In this document: positions 28,587-42,825 of the stretch, piece after piece | Layout: every line of letters begins with the position of its first letter | How positions within the stretch are numbered: position 1 is the first letter of the stretch | Assembly: GCA_951406725.2 (NCBI GenBank) | Contig: OX597828.1 | Coordinates: 22,816,001 to 22,880,000, forward strand | Direction of reading: 5' to 3' | DNA from: Octopus vulgaris | Taxonomy: Eukaryota | Length of the DNA: 64,000 nt | Program-made: the position numbers and the translations under genes | The notes under the pieces: generated by a model | Databases searched by the model: none | Told to the model about the DNA's origin: nothing | Seen by the model: the letters and a program-made list of their open reading frames with translations, nothing else

Positions 28587-29463
28587 ACGGAAAACGTAGT
28601 TAGAGACAGAGGGAGAAAGAAAGATAGGCAGAAAGTGAATGAGAGTGATCATGAGTGTTTGCTGCACGTGAGCACAACAGAAAGAGATGCAGTGATAGTG
28701 GATGAGAAATTCAGATAGGGCGGGAAATATGCGACAGTGAGGGAGAAAGAGAGAGAGAGAGAGAGGGGTGTATGTTTGTAATTGACAGAAGTTAAGAGAG
28801 AGAGAAAGAGAGATGTATGAAGTGTTTTCGGGTGGTGAGGGAGAGTGTGTATGATAAGGTAGAGAGAGTGTGTCTGATTGTCTTAAAGATAGTGTTTGAA
28901 TGTGTGAGAGGGAGATCGGTGATGCAAGAGCGAGGGGAGAGAGAGGGTCAAGAGTTGAGATTGATAACAACAAAAAGAAGGAAAGAAAAAAAGTGTTACA
29001 TGGATAAATGAGAGAAAGGAGAAAGCGATAAAATCAGGGTGGGGGGAGAACTTTTTTCAAAATAAGTTAGAAAATATAAAAGACAAAGAGAATGATTCAA
29101 CAAGAGAAAGTGAAAGAAATAGAGATATAAAGAGAGAAAATGAGAGGGCAAAAGGGAAGAGAAAGAGACTGGGACAGAGAAGAGAGAGAGAGAGAGAGAG
29201 AGGGAGAGAAAGAGAGAAACGATGGAACTGATTTACAATGTTTTTTAACAATTTTTCACATATCATAGCAATGCGGATGTAAATACGAGGTTAGAAATTG
29301 CTCTTCCGGTTTTAGACGATTTCCACCCCAGATACATGTTTGATAAAAATAAATGAAAGAGGAAGGTTATATGACCCTGTTATGAATTCCAATCCTTATT
29401 TATCAATCGCTGTTTTTAAGTTTTTTCTCTATCTGTCTGTAAAACACTTTGAAACATACATGC

Positions 29464-29504
<41 letters not shown>

Positions 29505-29928
29505 TCTGTGTATTTATATATGTACATATATCTATGTATATGCATATAGTTTGCTCAACTATATATATTTTACTATGGCCTTAATTTTACACATTTCCTG
29601 TGTGTTATACATATATCAATACGTGTACGCAGATATGTATATTTGTACTTATGGGTGTTTCGACATAAATATGTGTTCATGTGCGTATAGCCTTCTACAG
29701 AGCAACCAACGATTGTATCAGATCTCCACTGTTCGTAAACACGCATACTCACACATGCACAACACGCATGCACATACAGTATATATATATATATATATAT
29801 CCACTGCTTTACGTTTATTTTTATGTCCATTTTTAAGCAGTTATATATTTGTTACTGCGAAATCTTATGACTCTCTTGTATACACACACACATATATACA
29901 TATGCATGCGTATACACAAAAATATATG

Positions 29929-29985
<57 letters not shown>

Positions 29986-30295
29986 ATGTGTGTATATATA
30001 TATAAGTATTATGTATACATATACATATATATATGTGTTAGTGTGTATGCATTCACTGAGCCTCACTCTCGCTAGCAGTCAGAATGTGCTTTTCTTCACA
30101 CACACACACACATACACACACACTCACACGCGCGCGCTCATGTTAACATACGTGCATTCACGCCTATACATATAATTAAGTGTATATGAATGCATGTGTA
30201 TGTGTACATTTTGTGCGTTTATGTGTATACGCATAGGTGTCTATATCTTTCTATATCAATCGTCTTTGATATCTTTTTTCCACATTTCTCAACAT

Positions 30296-30349
<54 letters not shown>

Positions 30350-30890
30350 ATGTGTATTTATGTATGTATGTATGTATGTATATTATATATACATATACCA
30401 CGATTTCTTACTCTCAAGCTTCTCCATTTGTCTTGTTTACTGTATTTCTCTCTCTCATACACTCTCTATATTTAACCATATCTATATCTATCCTGCTATA
30501 TCTTTCTCTGGCTCTCTTTCCCTCCCACCTCTCTCTTTCTTTCTCTCTCTCTCTCTCTCCTTGCTATTTCCTCTTCGATGACCTTTCTTTCATGTAAAGC
30601 AGATAATGCCGCGACATCGAGTTTCTATGGCATCTAAAGACACGATGTCAGTGTCATTCACAGAATTCCAATGATATTAATACATAGGGAAAATAAGCAC
30701 CTATTAATATCAGTCAATATAAGGCAGAACATTAAATAAAAAAAAATTGCAGAAAAAAGGTAATTGCACACACGTACACACACACACATATGCACATGCA
30801 CAAACATACACACGCATACACACAAACACATATATAATTTACACACTCAGCACCCAAACACACACACACATGTGTGTTTACCTATATGCA

Positions 30891-30930
<40 letters not shown>

Positions 30931-31000
30931 GCGCACTTGCATCTACAGGGAAAATGAAGAAAACGGTAACTGTTAAAATAGTAATAACGCTGATAATAGC

Positions 31001-31100
<100 letters not shown>

Positions 31101-31279
31101 TGAATACACAACGCATAGGAAGAAAAATACAAAACGACAAGTTCTAGGGAAGGTGAAGCTACGTGTAACATTTAAATTCGTGTAGAAGTTTGCAATTTCT
31201 GCAAGGAAGGGCCATGGTGATATGAACAGATATAGATTCATATATACGTATTCAAACTTACACATACGTATATTCATAT

Positions 31280-31373
<94 letters not shown>

Positions 31374-31704
31374 ATGTGTGTGTGTGTGCATATATATATA
31401 TATATATATACATATATATAATGTATGAATTAGATATAAAACCATTATTAGGCAATTCAAACAGTGATAAACATAAACCAATACATAAATAACAAATAAT
31501 ATAAATAATTAATATGATATATATATAAAATTTAAAATATAAAATTTTAAATTAAATTTTTTTAAGTATAAAAAGAATGATAAATACAATATAATAAGTA
31601 AAAACACTACGTACGTTTCATGGCTATAATTAAATTCGAATTACAATTAAGTTTAAATTCAATTGAAATAAATTGGTATTTAATTTATTTAATTTAATTC
31701 ATAA

Positions 31705-31843
31705 ACTGTATTTAATTTATCGACTGCGAAAGGATAAAAGACAAAGTTGACCTCGGCGGAGTTTGAACTCAGAAAATCAAGACAAGATTTACCACTAAGA
31801 ACTTCGCCACTCATACCAACGGTTCTGCCAGCACGCCGCCTTC
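31705..31843 (-). mobile_element. SINE family B, partial
   Basis: gacctcggcggagtttgaactcagaa...ttctgccagcacgccgcctt. Confidence 0.85.
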
Positions 31844-32592
31844 GTTGAAATTACACAAAACATGAATATAAGAGGAATAATGGTCACAGCTGTACTGCGC
31901 TTCATAGAAACTATGCCCCAATTCACTGGTCTTGGCCTACTGCACAGCGAACGTTACATCTGCCACTGATTATATTGTCGAAATTAGACTCACGGCCACG
32001 GGTTTTGTGCGCGAGAAACAAGAGGCCATTTCTATTTGAATGCTTGACATATACAGTAACCTGTGTGTCTCAGAAAAATAAAATGCAAAACTCACATTAA
32101 CGGGTTTTTAAATCAGAACACATAAAGCGAATCAAGGACCAGTAAATCATCGGAGAAATTTGATCTGAGAAGATAAATGTCCAAAACTAAAGGCCGTATG
32201 CCGTTTCGTTCGACGATTTACTGATTCAGCTAATCCATAAAACACATTATTAAGTGTTCTTACTCGAGTCTTGCATTTGTCTTTGCTTTTTCGGAGATGA
32301 CAGGCGGGTTGGTTCGTAATGTGTGGTCATTATTCCACAAACATCAAACGTAACATAGCAATAACTATATAAATAATAAATTGAGAGACAAAAAAAAAAA
32401 GATATGTAAATAACTGTCGACATAAATACATGTATAAAAACAAAACAACAGCAACATCCACGGCTACAGTACATCACAAGCATGAAAGTAACGATAATGT
32501 AACACTACAAATCAACATAAGACAACAATGATTTTCTGAACAATAATATAGAGGGTCATATTAACGTGGTGATAAAATCATCATCATCATCA

Positions 32593-32639
<47 letters not shown>

Positions 32640-32757
32640 GTTATTATTATGGAGTTATAATATTTTAGTAATGGCATTGTATTTTTTGCTGAATAATCCG
32701 ATTATCCGATTCGTGTACCTGTGTGTGTATGATTATAAGGTATATTTGTGTTTCTGC

Positions 32758-32788
<31 letters not shown>

Positions 32789-33065
32789 TTTTATTTATAC
32801 ATATTTTATTGCATACATGTTCCTTGACAACGATTTGTTGCGATTATCATTTCATTGTAATTCTTTGAAAAAAAATTAAGAGAGTGAAGGAAAAATGGAT
32901 ATTTTTTCCCAATGTGATGTGTTGCACTGAAGAAAAAAAATCTATTTATTGTACGTTTAATATGTAAAGAGAAAACTTCATATAATTCTACGATATATTG
33001 ATATGTCTCCCGAGGCGAATAAAACTATGAAATGTTTGTTGCACAGAGGAAAAAAAAAAACAGTC

Positions 33066-33117
<52 letters not shown>

Positions 33118-33665
33118 TCAGTAATGTGCCAGCGGAAAAACAACGAAGTAGGAATGAGTTATTTTATGTGTTATATAAAGAAGTGTAACGTTTGTTTATT
33201 TTTCTAGTTTGAAAAATAACAGTCCCAACAATGTAATGGAAATGGAGATTGCCTGAAATGTTTGTGTGGTGTACGTTTAAGATGATAAAAATATCTGGGA
33301 ATAATAATGTATAAAATGATCGGGATTTTATATCGCATCATTCCCCCTTTGCTGTGCCGTAGGGCTGTATCCATGTATTTCTGGAACTGTTTATTTCGAC
33401 AGGATAAAATGAGCAGTCCTGGATATCTTTTATTCTTAGTAAAATATCAGTTTTCAGGGTAGCAGATGAGATATTTAATCCATTGCAAACGCTATCTCAA
33501 AACGTTATCATCTAAGTAACGCGGATGCCTCTGTACAGTTGCCGAGAATTATGAGATATAAATGCAATAGAATATAATAATCGCAATGCTAATTACGGTA
33601 ACAATAATCACGATATTGATAAAAATAGCCGAAACAAGGCTGATAACAATAACAACAACAAAATC

Positions 33666-33707
<42 letters not shown>

Positions 33708-33709
<2 letters not shown>

Positions 33710-34230
33710 CATCAAATTTTATGGCAAGGATGAATCCCAAGTCAGCTCACTCGTTGATACGGTTTATACTTTCAATACAGATATCAGAATGGAGTTCGGA
33801 CTGAAATAGTGTGGTGTGTTAGACATGAAGGGAGGCAAAATCAAATATATGGACGGGATAGTGATACTGTCGGGGGAGGTTATCAAACAGATAGCAGAGA
33901 CGGGCTATAAGTACTTGGGGATATTAGAAATGGATAAATTGATGGAGGAAGATATGACAGACAAATTTAAGGTGGAGTACTTTCACAGACTGAGACTGAT
34001 CCTTAAGTCGAAATTAAACGGACGGAATAAGATTGAAGCTATCAACACCTAGGCGATTTCATTCCTTAGATATGGAGCAGAGGTGTTCGCATGGACTGTA
34101 GACGAACTAAACAGCTTAGACAAAAAGACAAGGAAGTTGCTGATTAGATATACGATACTCCACCCAAAAACTGACAGGCAGATTGTGTGTACCAAGAAAA
34201 AGTGGGGGAAGAGGGCTTATTGGATGCGAG
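33708..34230 (+). mobile_element. Dong/R4-clade non-LTR retrotransposon RT fragment, 5' end abutting (TAA)n
   Basis: DIKFY...DIRMEFGLK*C...YKYLGILE...RLILKSKLNGRNKIEAINT...LDKKTRK...HPK...GGRGL. Confidence 0.88.
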
Positions 34231-34264
34231 ACCGTAGTATTATTGTTATTATTATAATAAATCC

Positions 34265-34406
34265 CGTCTACAATAAATGCAAGAACTAAAATTTGGGGGA
34301 GGTGTTAAGTCGATTACATGTTTCCCTGATACTTAATTTGTGGACCTTGAAAGGATGGAAGGCAAAATCGACTTCAGCGTGCTAAGAACTCTACCAGCTC
34401 GCCGCC

Positions 34407-34410
<4 letters not shown>
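34265..34410 (-). mobile_element. SINE family B, internally deleted
   Basis: aaaggatggaaggcaaaatcgac...ccagctcgccgcctt. Confidence 0.75.
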
Positions 34411-34473
<63 letters not shown>

Positions 34474-34604
34474 TATATTAAGTGGTCATACATAGTGGAA
34501 ATTATATGTACTGCATATACACTGTCGTTAAGGAACCCCAAGTTAACTCGCTAAAGATATAATTTAAAAATTATACTGCAGACACACACACACATAGATA
34601 TAGA

Positions 34605-34962
34605 GGAGGCGCAATGGCCCAGTGATTAGGCAGGAGACTCGCGGTCATACGGATCGCGGTTTCGATTTCAAGACCGGGCGTTGTGAGTGTTTATTGAGCT
34701 CCACGAGACTCTGGCAGGAGGTGGTGGGAAAACCTGCTGTATTCTTTCACTACAACTTTCTGTCACTCTTTCTTCCTGTTTCTGTTATACCCGTATTTCA
34801 AAAGCTAGCCTTGTCACACTCTGTGCCACGCTGAATCTCCCCGACAACTACGTTAAGGGTACACGTATCTGTGGAGTAGTCAGCCACTTGTACGTTAATT
34901 TCACGAGAATGCTCTTCCGTTGATCGCATCAACTAGAAATCACACCGTGGTAACCGACGGAT
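34605..34962 (+). mobile_element. SINE family C (OR-like), long tail
   Basis: ggaggcgcaatggcccagtg...ggtttcgatttc; collinear with reverse complement of 35376-35762. Confidence 0.92.
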
Positions 34963-34990
34963 TCACACACAACCGTCCTCCACACACACA

Positions 34991-35030
<40 letters not shown>

Positions 35031-35375
35031 AATCTGTTCTTATACAACATAGTGGACGTTTACTAGTGACCGGAATCTTATTTCCTTGGTACGGGATTCC
35101 AATCAGTAGCAGGATTGGTCATTTACTGTTGAGTGGATTTGATCAGCGTGGAAGAACAAAATGTACTGTCTAGTCTGGGAATCGAATCCACTATCTTGCA
35201 ATAATAATTGCAACGTCCTAACCACTAGCAATGCACCTTCGATCATAAAATGCTGTTTAAAATGCGGTGGAAATTTGCCCGATGTGTGATAGCGCCAGAC
35301 AGAATCATTTTGCGTATTATTTCTGCAGATCTACAATTTCAGAGCGAATTATTTCCAAGTAAACTTACAGTCATA

Positions 35376-35762
35376 TGGAATGGAAACACTCCGTCGGTTA
35401 CGACGACGAGGGTTCCGGTTGATCCGATCAACGGAACAGCCTGCTCGTGAAATGAAAGTGTAAGTGGCTGAGCACTCCACAGACACGTGTACCCTTAAAG
35501 TAGTTCTCGGGGATATTCAGCGTGACAAGAGAGTGACAAGGCCGGCCCTTTGAAATACAGGTACAACAGAAACAGAAAGTAAGCGTGAGGGAAAGTTGTG
35601 GTGAAAGAGTACAGCAGGGATCACCACCATCCCTGCCGGAGCCTCGTGGAGCTTTAGGTGTTTTCGCTCAATAAACACTCACAACGCCCGGTCTGGGAAT
35701 CGAAACCACGATCCTACGACAGCGAGTCCGCTGCCCTAACCACTGGGCCATTGCGCCTCCAC
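35376..35762 (-). mobile_element. SINE family C, full-length with TSD
   Basis: tRNA-like head, (TTCCA) tail, TSD acttaca(g/a)tcatat at 35363-35376 and 35761-35774. Confidence 0.93.
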
Positions 35763-36004
35763 TTACAATCATATACATTTGAAATGAGATATCAGAAGAG
35801 TGCAATCATCGCCTCTTTCTGCTTTTTCCACTCGTTCCGCTCTTTATATAACGTTGTGATCTATAGATCCTAGTGGACACATGTCATATGTCAGGCTGAT
35901 CGAGCCCCAGAAGTGTGTTAGTGGAAGGAGAAAATATGCCTGTGCGGATTAATCTGCCCGATAAAGGATGAAGAATAAAGAATAAAGCGGCTTCATCAGC
36001 CGTA

Positions 36005-36228
36005 CAGACTCATAAGGCCGGTGTTCCTAATTCTGTGGCTCCATAGACGGGACTCGGGTCCATTGTAGAATTACACATTTTTGCCAGCTGAGTGAACTGA
36101 AGCAATTTAAAATGAAGATGAAGAGTTTTTGCGCAAAAATCACAACGCGTTGCCTGGTCCACAAATCGAAACCACAACCTTGCGATCAATGTGTCTTATA
36201 CCTTCTCCACTAAGCTACGCGGCTCCAC
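36005..36228 (-). mobile_element. Decayed SINE, CORE/V-like centre with short family C tail
   Basis: ctcataaggccgg tail as in 19990-20010; ccagctgagtgaactg centre; aatcgaaacc B box. Confidence 0.7.
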
Positions 36229-37037
36229 AATAGTCAGTTGCTTAAATGTTAATTTGCTGCTGGAAATTCACTTCGTCGAAATACTCCATCGTCAACTTCG
36301 AAACTGATGAGACATCCCTCACTCTCTCTACAAAAACTACAAGAAAGAAATGATGAAGGAAGGATGGAAAAATGGAAAGGAAGGGAGGAAGGAGAAAAGA
36401 GAGGAAGAAAGAGATATAGACAGAGAAAGAAAGGACGGAAACAAAGAAAAAGACTAGGAAAGAAATTGAAAGAATGAAAGAAAGAAAAAGGGAAGAATTG
36501 AAGAAAGTACTATGCGTTGGGCAAAAATATTAAGAATCTTTTAAAAAGGAAGGATTTTCATGAAGAAATTCTTTGACCATTGATTTCATCGATTAGATTT
36601 GAACTGGAAACTAATAAAAATATATTAAAAACATAACATCAAAAACACGGGGAAATTATGGAAAACAAGTAGGAGAATAGCAAAATCGAAGCAATATTCT
36701 GAGCTAACATACACAATTACCTATATATTACAGAAAATCGCGGATTAGTACAATCTCCAAGATCGATGGATAAAATTTTTTATAGTACATCTTATAGTTC
36801 TTTACGTGTAATTTCAAATCCTGCTAAATTGAAATTTACCATTTATCTCTAAGGATGGAGGAGGGAGTCGCTAAAAGAAATTAGGAGTCAAAACTCTCCT
36901 TAGAATAATTATATTACAACCTAAATACTTAGTCTTGTACTAAAATTGGAAAAAGTATATGATATCGAAAGCGAAAGGAAGCCTTTCAGAAACGATGTTT
37001 TCTAAAGGTGCTAAACGTGATGTAAGGGAGTTAAGCT

Positions 37038-37710
37038 TCATCTTTTTCATTTTGTTCTTTTTCTTGTCACCCTGCTTCTTCTTCTTCTTCTTCTTCTTCT
37101 TCTTCTTCTTCTTCTTCTTCTTCTTCTTCTTCTTCTTCTTCTTCTTCTTCTTCTTCTTCTTCTTCTTCTTCTTCTTCTTCTTCTTTTTCTCCTTCTTCTT
37201 CTTCTTCTTCTTCTTCTTCTTCTCCTTCTTCTTCTTCGTCTTCTTCTTGTCTTCTGCTTCTTTTCCTTTTTCCCCTTCTCTCATTCTTCTATTTTTCTGC
37301 TCTTTCTTTTTCTTCTTCTTATTCTCCCATTCTTCCTCCTCTTCTTCGTCTTTCATTTTTTCTTCTTCTTCTTTCACTTCTACTTCTTCTCCTCCACTTA
37401 CTTCTTCTCCTCCCATTTTCATATCCTTCTTTTCATCTTTTCCCTTCTCCTTCTTTTCTTTTCTTTTTTCTTCGTTTGATTCTTCCTCAACTTCTTCTTC
37501 AATTTCTTCTTATTTTTTGCATCTTCTTCTTTTTCTTCTTCTTCTTTTTTCTTCTTCTTCTTCTTCTTCTTCTTCTTCTTCTTCTTCTTCTTGTCTTACT
37601 CTTTGTCATCCTCCTCCTTTTTTGCTTTCCTTTCATCTTCCTTCATTTGTTCTCCTTCTCCACCTTGTCCTCCTTCTTCTCGTTCCGTTCTTCCGTTTCA
37701 CCTTCTAATC
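37038..37710. repeat. (CTT)n and polypyrimidine tract
   Basis: Seen directly. Confidence 0.95.
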
Positions 37711-38599
37711 TCCAACTCCTGTTGCTATTTATTTTAATACCATTGCCCTCAGGTTGTACAACAAAATAGAAGGTTTCTGTTTTGCTTGTCAAAGAAGCAG
37801 TATAAAATAGTGCCAACTATTTACAGTTTAGTAAACTAAGAGCCCTTCCGATTTAATTCACTTATTTTTGACACAAGGTGGCACGCTTTGTAAGACAATG
37901 AGCAAGATCCAATACGACCTGTTTAAACTACCAGTTTTACCATGACGTGTATTTACGAAGAACTGTTATGTGGAAATTTCTAAATCTTCTTGTGCACAAT
38001 TCGTATGACAGCAGTAAATTTAAATATATGCAAATCCTAGAGAGATGCTCATTATTGTTATACCGTAGAGACATATTTTTATCATTTTATACTTGCGTCT
38101 AATATGATAACACGTTCATAGTATTTATAGATGATATTAAATACCAATTAGCTAATGATTAGCTACAGCTTAGATAATTCAATTTTCTAATCTTGTTATG
38201 ACTACTTCTACTTAACAGTGAATCTAGCAATTGTTCATTATGAGAATTTTTTTTCTTGGTTACTCCCGTGAGAGAGTGATGTCGACACTTCAGATTTCAT
38301 GCTATAAATGAATGTTTTCGTCAGAAGCAAAAAATTAAATTGCTTTCCAGAAATAACATATAATGAAAAAAATATTTTACACATACTATCACATTTAAGA
38401 AAGCTATTCGATATTGAGTAAGAAATAGGTTCAACCAGCGTAGTGTCGTGATTGTGATAGAGATATGTTGCACTTTTTGAAGGAAAACGGATTTTTGAAC
38501 GCGTGAGTGCTCGACATGGTAGAAATAGCAATGATATGACGAGTTGTCTTAAGATATGGAAAATGAAATGACTTACTGGATATGTATTCGTAGTACACT

Positions 38600-38910
38600 G
38601 GCGACCCATCGGTTGCGACGACGAGGGTTTTAGTTGATTCGATCAATGGAACAACTTAATCCTGATATTAACGTGCTCGTGGCTGAGCACTCCGCAGGGA
38701 CGTGTACCAGGAAATTAGTTCACAGGGAGACTCTGCGTGACACAGACTGACAAGGCTGGCTATTTGAATTACTGGTACAAATAGTTTTTACAAGGTAAAT
38801 GTACTGTAGATATGAGAAAGAGAGTCTTGCTCAAGGACACAGTAAACTCTTTCCGGGCCTTATGATCTTGACCAGAATACCCTAACACAATGCCATGTTC
38901 CTTCACTCCA
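38600..38910 (-). mobile_element. Decayed SINE with family C long tail
   Basis: tcggttgcgacgacgagggtt...gtggctgagcactcc...gtcttgctcaaggacac. Confidence 0.8.
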
Positions 38911-39698
38911 AGGCATATTCTGAAAGGTATAATGAAAAAATGGTGTTGTTCGGATATTTTTATCTATATTCTTATGGATCATATATGACCTGCAACTTGA
39001 AAACATTTCTTAAGATCTAAAATTTGACATTAGAAAAACTGGTGTCTATACGAATCACCTTCTCTATCTATCACGAACTCTCTGGCTTTTTCTAGCTTGT
39101 CAAAATGTTACTAATATTCTGTTTGAGTAACGATAACACTCCTGAAGTGTTGATTCAACAATAGCAACAAAATCCACAAAAACATCCTGAGCAACAACAA
39201 AAACAACAACAACAGCAACAACAAGGGAAACAACAAAAGCAAGACTAGCAATAATAACGACAACATCAATTCCATTTTCGTTTGACACTATCTGACGTCA
39301 TTTACATCCGCTAACACTCTTAAAAATGTAATAGCATTAATGGCGTAGGAACAGTTTTAAATATTCATTCTACAAAATTTCTTGTCTTCTCTTTCAAGAG
39401 GAGAAATATATTTTGAACAATAAGGAATTCCCATGTGAAACGAACATTTTGAAAAGTAAAAATAAAGATTTGTTTTTCAGTCGATCTATCAAATAATAAA
39501 GTCTGTTTTAAAATGTACGTATAATAATTATTTACAAGTGTAGTCACTCTCTTTGGTAATTTCTATTGTCCTTGTACTTATGTGTGTGTCTGTGTCTGTT
39601 TGTGTGTGTATGTATGCATATACATACTTGCATATATATATACATATTAATTCATACAACACATACACACACATACATATATATATGTATGTATATAT

Positions 39699-39758
<60 letters not shown>

Positions 39759-39866
39759 GTTACATATATTCTTCTTATATATCTGTTATAAGATGCCGCC
39801 TGTGTTGTTTTTATTGCATTACTGTGAGTGTATATATATATTTATTTGTAACCATATATATTATTT

Positions 39867-39939
<73 letters not shown>

Positions 39940-40127
39940 GTATATATATATACGTGCTATATGTATGCTAGTTATATACGTATCATAAAATCCCGTCCGC
40001 TTCGTTTTCATCACATGAAAGTATTAGAAGTAGCTCAAATGATACCCTTTATGTTTATTAAATAAATTTATCTCTCTCCAGATACAATACTGTTTTGTTG
40101 GACACAGAACAGTACATTATATATATA

Positions 40128-40325
40128 GGCGCAGGAGTGGTTGTGTTTAAGTAGCTTGCTTACCAGCCCCATGGTTCTGGGTTCAGTCCCCCTGCGTTGC
40201 ACCTACGGCAAGTGTTCTCTACTATAGCCTCGAGCCGACAAATGCCTTGTGAGTGGATTTGTTAGACGGAAACTGAAAGAAGCCCATAGTAATATATATA
40301 TATGTATGTGTGTGTGTGTGTGCGC

Positions 40326-40379
<54 letters not shown>

Positions 40380-40556
40380 TTGTCTGTTTGTCCACCAAAA
40401 TTGTTTGACAACCGATGCTGATGTGTTTACGTCCCCGTAACCTAGCGATTGGTCAAAAGAGATCGATAGAATAAGTACTAGGCTTACAAAGAGTAAGTCT
40501 TGGGTTTGATTTGCTCCAACATGTCCGCAGCCAAATAACTGAAACAAGCAAAAGAA
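40128..40556 (+). mobile_element. Full-length SINE family A (OK-like) with internal (TA)/(TG)/(CG) microsatellite
   Basis: ggcgcaggagtgg...gggttcagtccc...ggcaagtg...agacggaaactgaaagaagccc...ctgaaacaagcaaaagaat. Confidence 0.92.
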
Positions 40557-40635
40557 TATATATACATATATATATATATTAATAGATATTGCACACACAC
40601 ATATATATATGTATGTATGTATGTATATATATATG

Positions 40636-40681
<46 letters not shown>

Positions 40682-41340
40682 GAGAGATAGCGAGAGAAAG
40701 AGAGAGAGAGAAAGAGAGCGAGAGTGAGTGATAGGGGGACATGTGGAGCAACTTCAGTAAATTCACATTTAAATGTTTCTTCAATCGTAGACTTCTCTGC
40801 AATAAATATAATCACTAATGCTTTATAGTATTTTAGCTTCAGTATGTTATCTCTAAGAAATTAATATACTCTGTTTAAAGCCTAAGAACTTACAATGTAG
40901 TTCAAAATAATAGCATACATAGAATGCCCTTAGCGTCAGCCGTTTTCCTTAGCGTGTCTTCCTCATATTTAGCTGTCACAGTTTAGTAAAGAGACGTTAC
41001 AGTAAGTTAATAGTGGAGGTATAACGGAAACAAAAACTGTATATTTATTATGTCATCAACAATTTTGTTTATTGCAGTTATAATAATGTTTAAAAAAATA
41101 TTTAGTAAACGTGATAATCTAAAAAATGAAGATTCCATAAATAAAGAACTTAAACTGCTTTAATGCTGTAGTTAAGTAGTTAACGCACATGAATGAATTT
41201 GTTTTTATGTTTTCATTCATATACATTAACTATAGCACTAGAGCGGTTCACCTCTTATTAGTAGCTGTGTAGGTGCTTCCTAACACCCTAGTCGCATTTA
41301 GTGACATTTGTTAATCTCTTTTTAATATGAAGCTGCTGTT

Positions 41341-41374
<34 letters not shown>

Positions 41375-41379
41375 GTATA

Positions 41380-41550
41380 TAGCAATAATAAATCTCTGAA
41401 CGAGATGTAAACAGTAACCGCTCGACAACGTAAAGTATACTAGCCATCTCAATGTGGCTAACCACTAAGGGTGGGTTTCACTGTAGCTTTTAGCCCCGGG
41501 AGATCAGTAACACACACCCTTAGTGGTTAGCCACATTGAGATGGCTAGTA

Positions 41551-41554
<4 letters not shown>
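41380..41554. mobile_element. Fold-back insert in (TA)n, probable Penelope-like inverted pseudo-LTR
   Basis: Perfect 40-bp inverted repeat 41434-41473/41515-41554 with 41-nt spacer. Confidence 0.6.
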
Positions 41555-41605
<51 letters not shown>

Positions 41606-41951
41606 TATATATATGTATGTATATATGTATATATGTATGTATGTATGTATGATTATATATAAATAAAAGAGAGAGAGAGGTTAAGAGTGAAAGAAACTAT
41701 CCTTCACCGTGTATATTGATCGCACTTGGCGCTCTTCAATGATGCTGTAATGAAGAGCAGTCCACGGTATGGGCCACAGACATATTCTGATGTTCCACGA
41801 AAGACAATCGTTATAATATCATTTTTCATTGGCTTAATTGTACATGAATCTCGTTCCTAATTTATATATATATATATATGTCTTGTTTCTGTATGCCTGC
41901 GGCATCAAGAATATGCAAAATTAAGGGCATAATTATTTTTGTGTATACATA

Positions 41952-42096
41952 GGCTCGGGCGTGACACCCGGGTAAGACGCTTGCTTCGCAACCAGGTGGG
42001 TTTGAGTTCAGTCCCGCAAGCGTCTTCCGTTAGAGCCTAGGGTCGACCATAGCCTTATGAGCGGAATTGGTAAAAGGACACTCAAAGAAGCCTGTC

Positions 42097-42166
<70 letters not shown>

Positions 42167-42290
42167 ATGTGTATGTGTATATGCGTAAAAGATAAGTCCT
42201 GGGATTGATTTCTTCGACGAAAAAACGCTCTAAAGTGGTATTCCAGCATGGTCGCAGTCAAATAACAGAAACAAGTAGAAGAATGAAAGC
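41952..42290 (+). mobile_element. SINE family A, internally deleted
   Basis: gagttcagtccc head; aagaagcctgtcg; ccagcatggtcgcagtcaaataacagaaacaag tail. Confidence 0.8.
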
Positions 42291-42603
42291 GTACGATAGT
42301 ATGGATGAAAACGTACACAAAGTATCTCTCCCTCAATCTCTACCTCACTGTCTGTCTTTCTATCTCTTCTAACTCACAAACATTCGTCTGCATACACACC
42401 ATGTATTAAGATATCAAGACATCCTCATAAGACTTTATGATGATATCTTGAATGTACACGCATGCATATTCTAGTAGTATTATACAAAATCATTGGTCAT
42501 CTGCACTCTACGCAATATGTATTTCTGTATAAGTAAACACTATATAGACGTACGTATATACAGATGTCTCTCTCTCTCTCTCCCTATATATATATATATA
42601 TAT

Positions 42604-42644
<41 letters not shown>

Positions 42645-42825
42645 TATATGTATATATATATGAACGCATGTGTGCGTGTGAATGTATTTCGGTATGTACA
42701 AACACTCACAAACACACACACACACACACACACACATGTGCCTATTTATGCACATGGATAGTTATATATCTATAAATACCTGTGTACATAATTTTTATGC
42801 ATTTATGTTCATAATTATATAAAGA

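Noticed and set aside
36305-36320. CTGATGA hammerhead cores here and at 1587
   Set aside because: No properly placed stem II or GAAA follows
39150-39300. PolyQ exon and adjacent CRE (39293-39300)
   Set aside because: (CAA)n bounded by stops; one 8-mer is expected by chance
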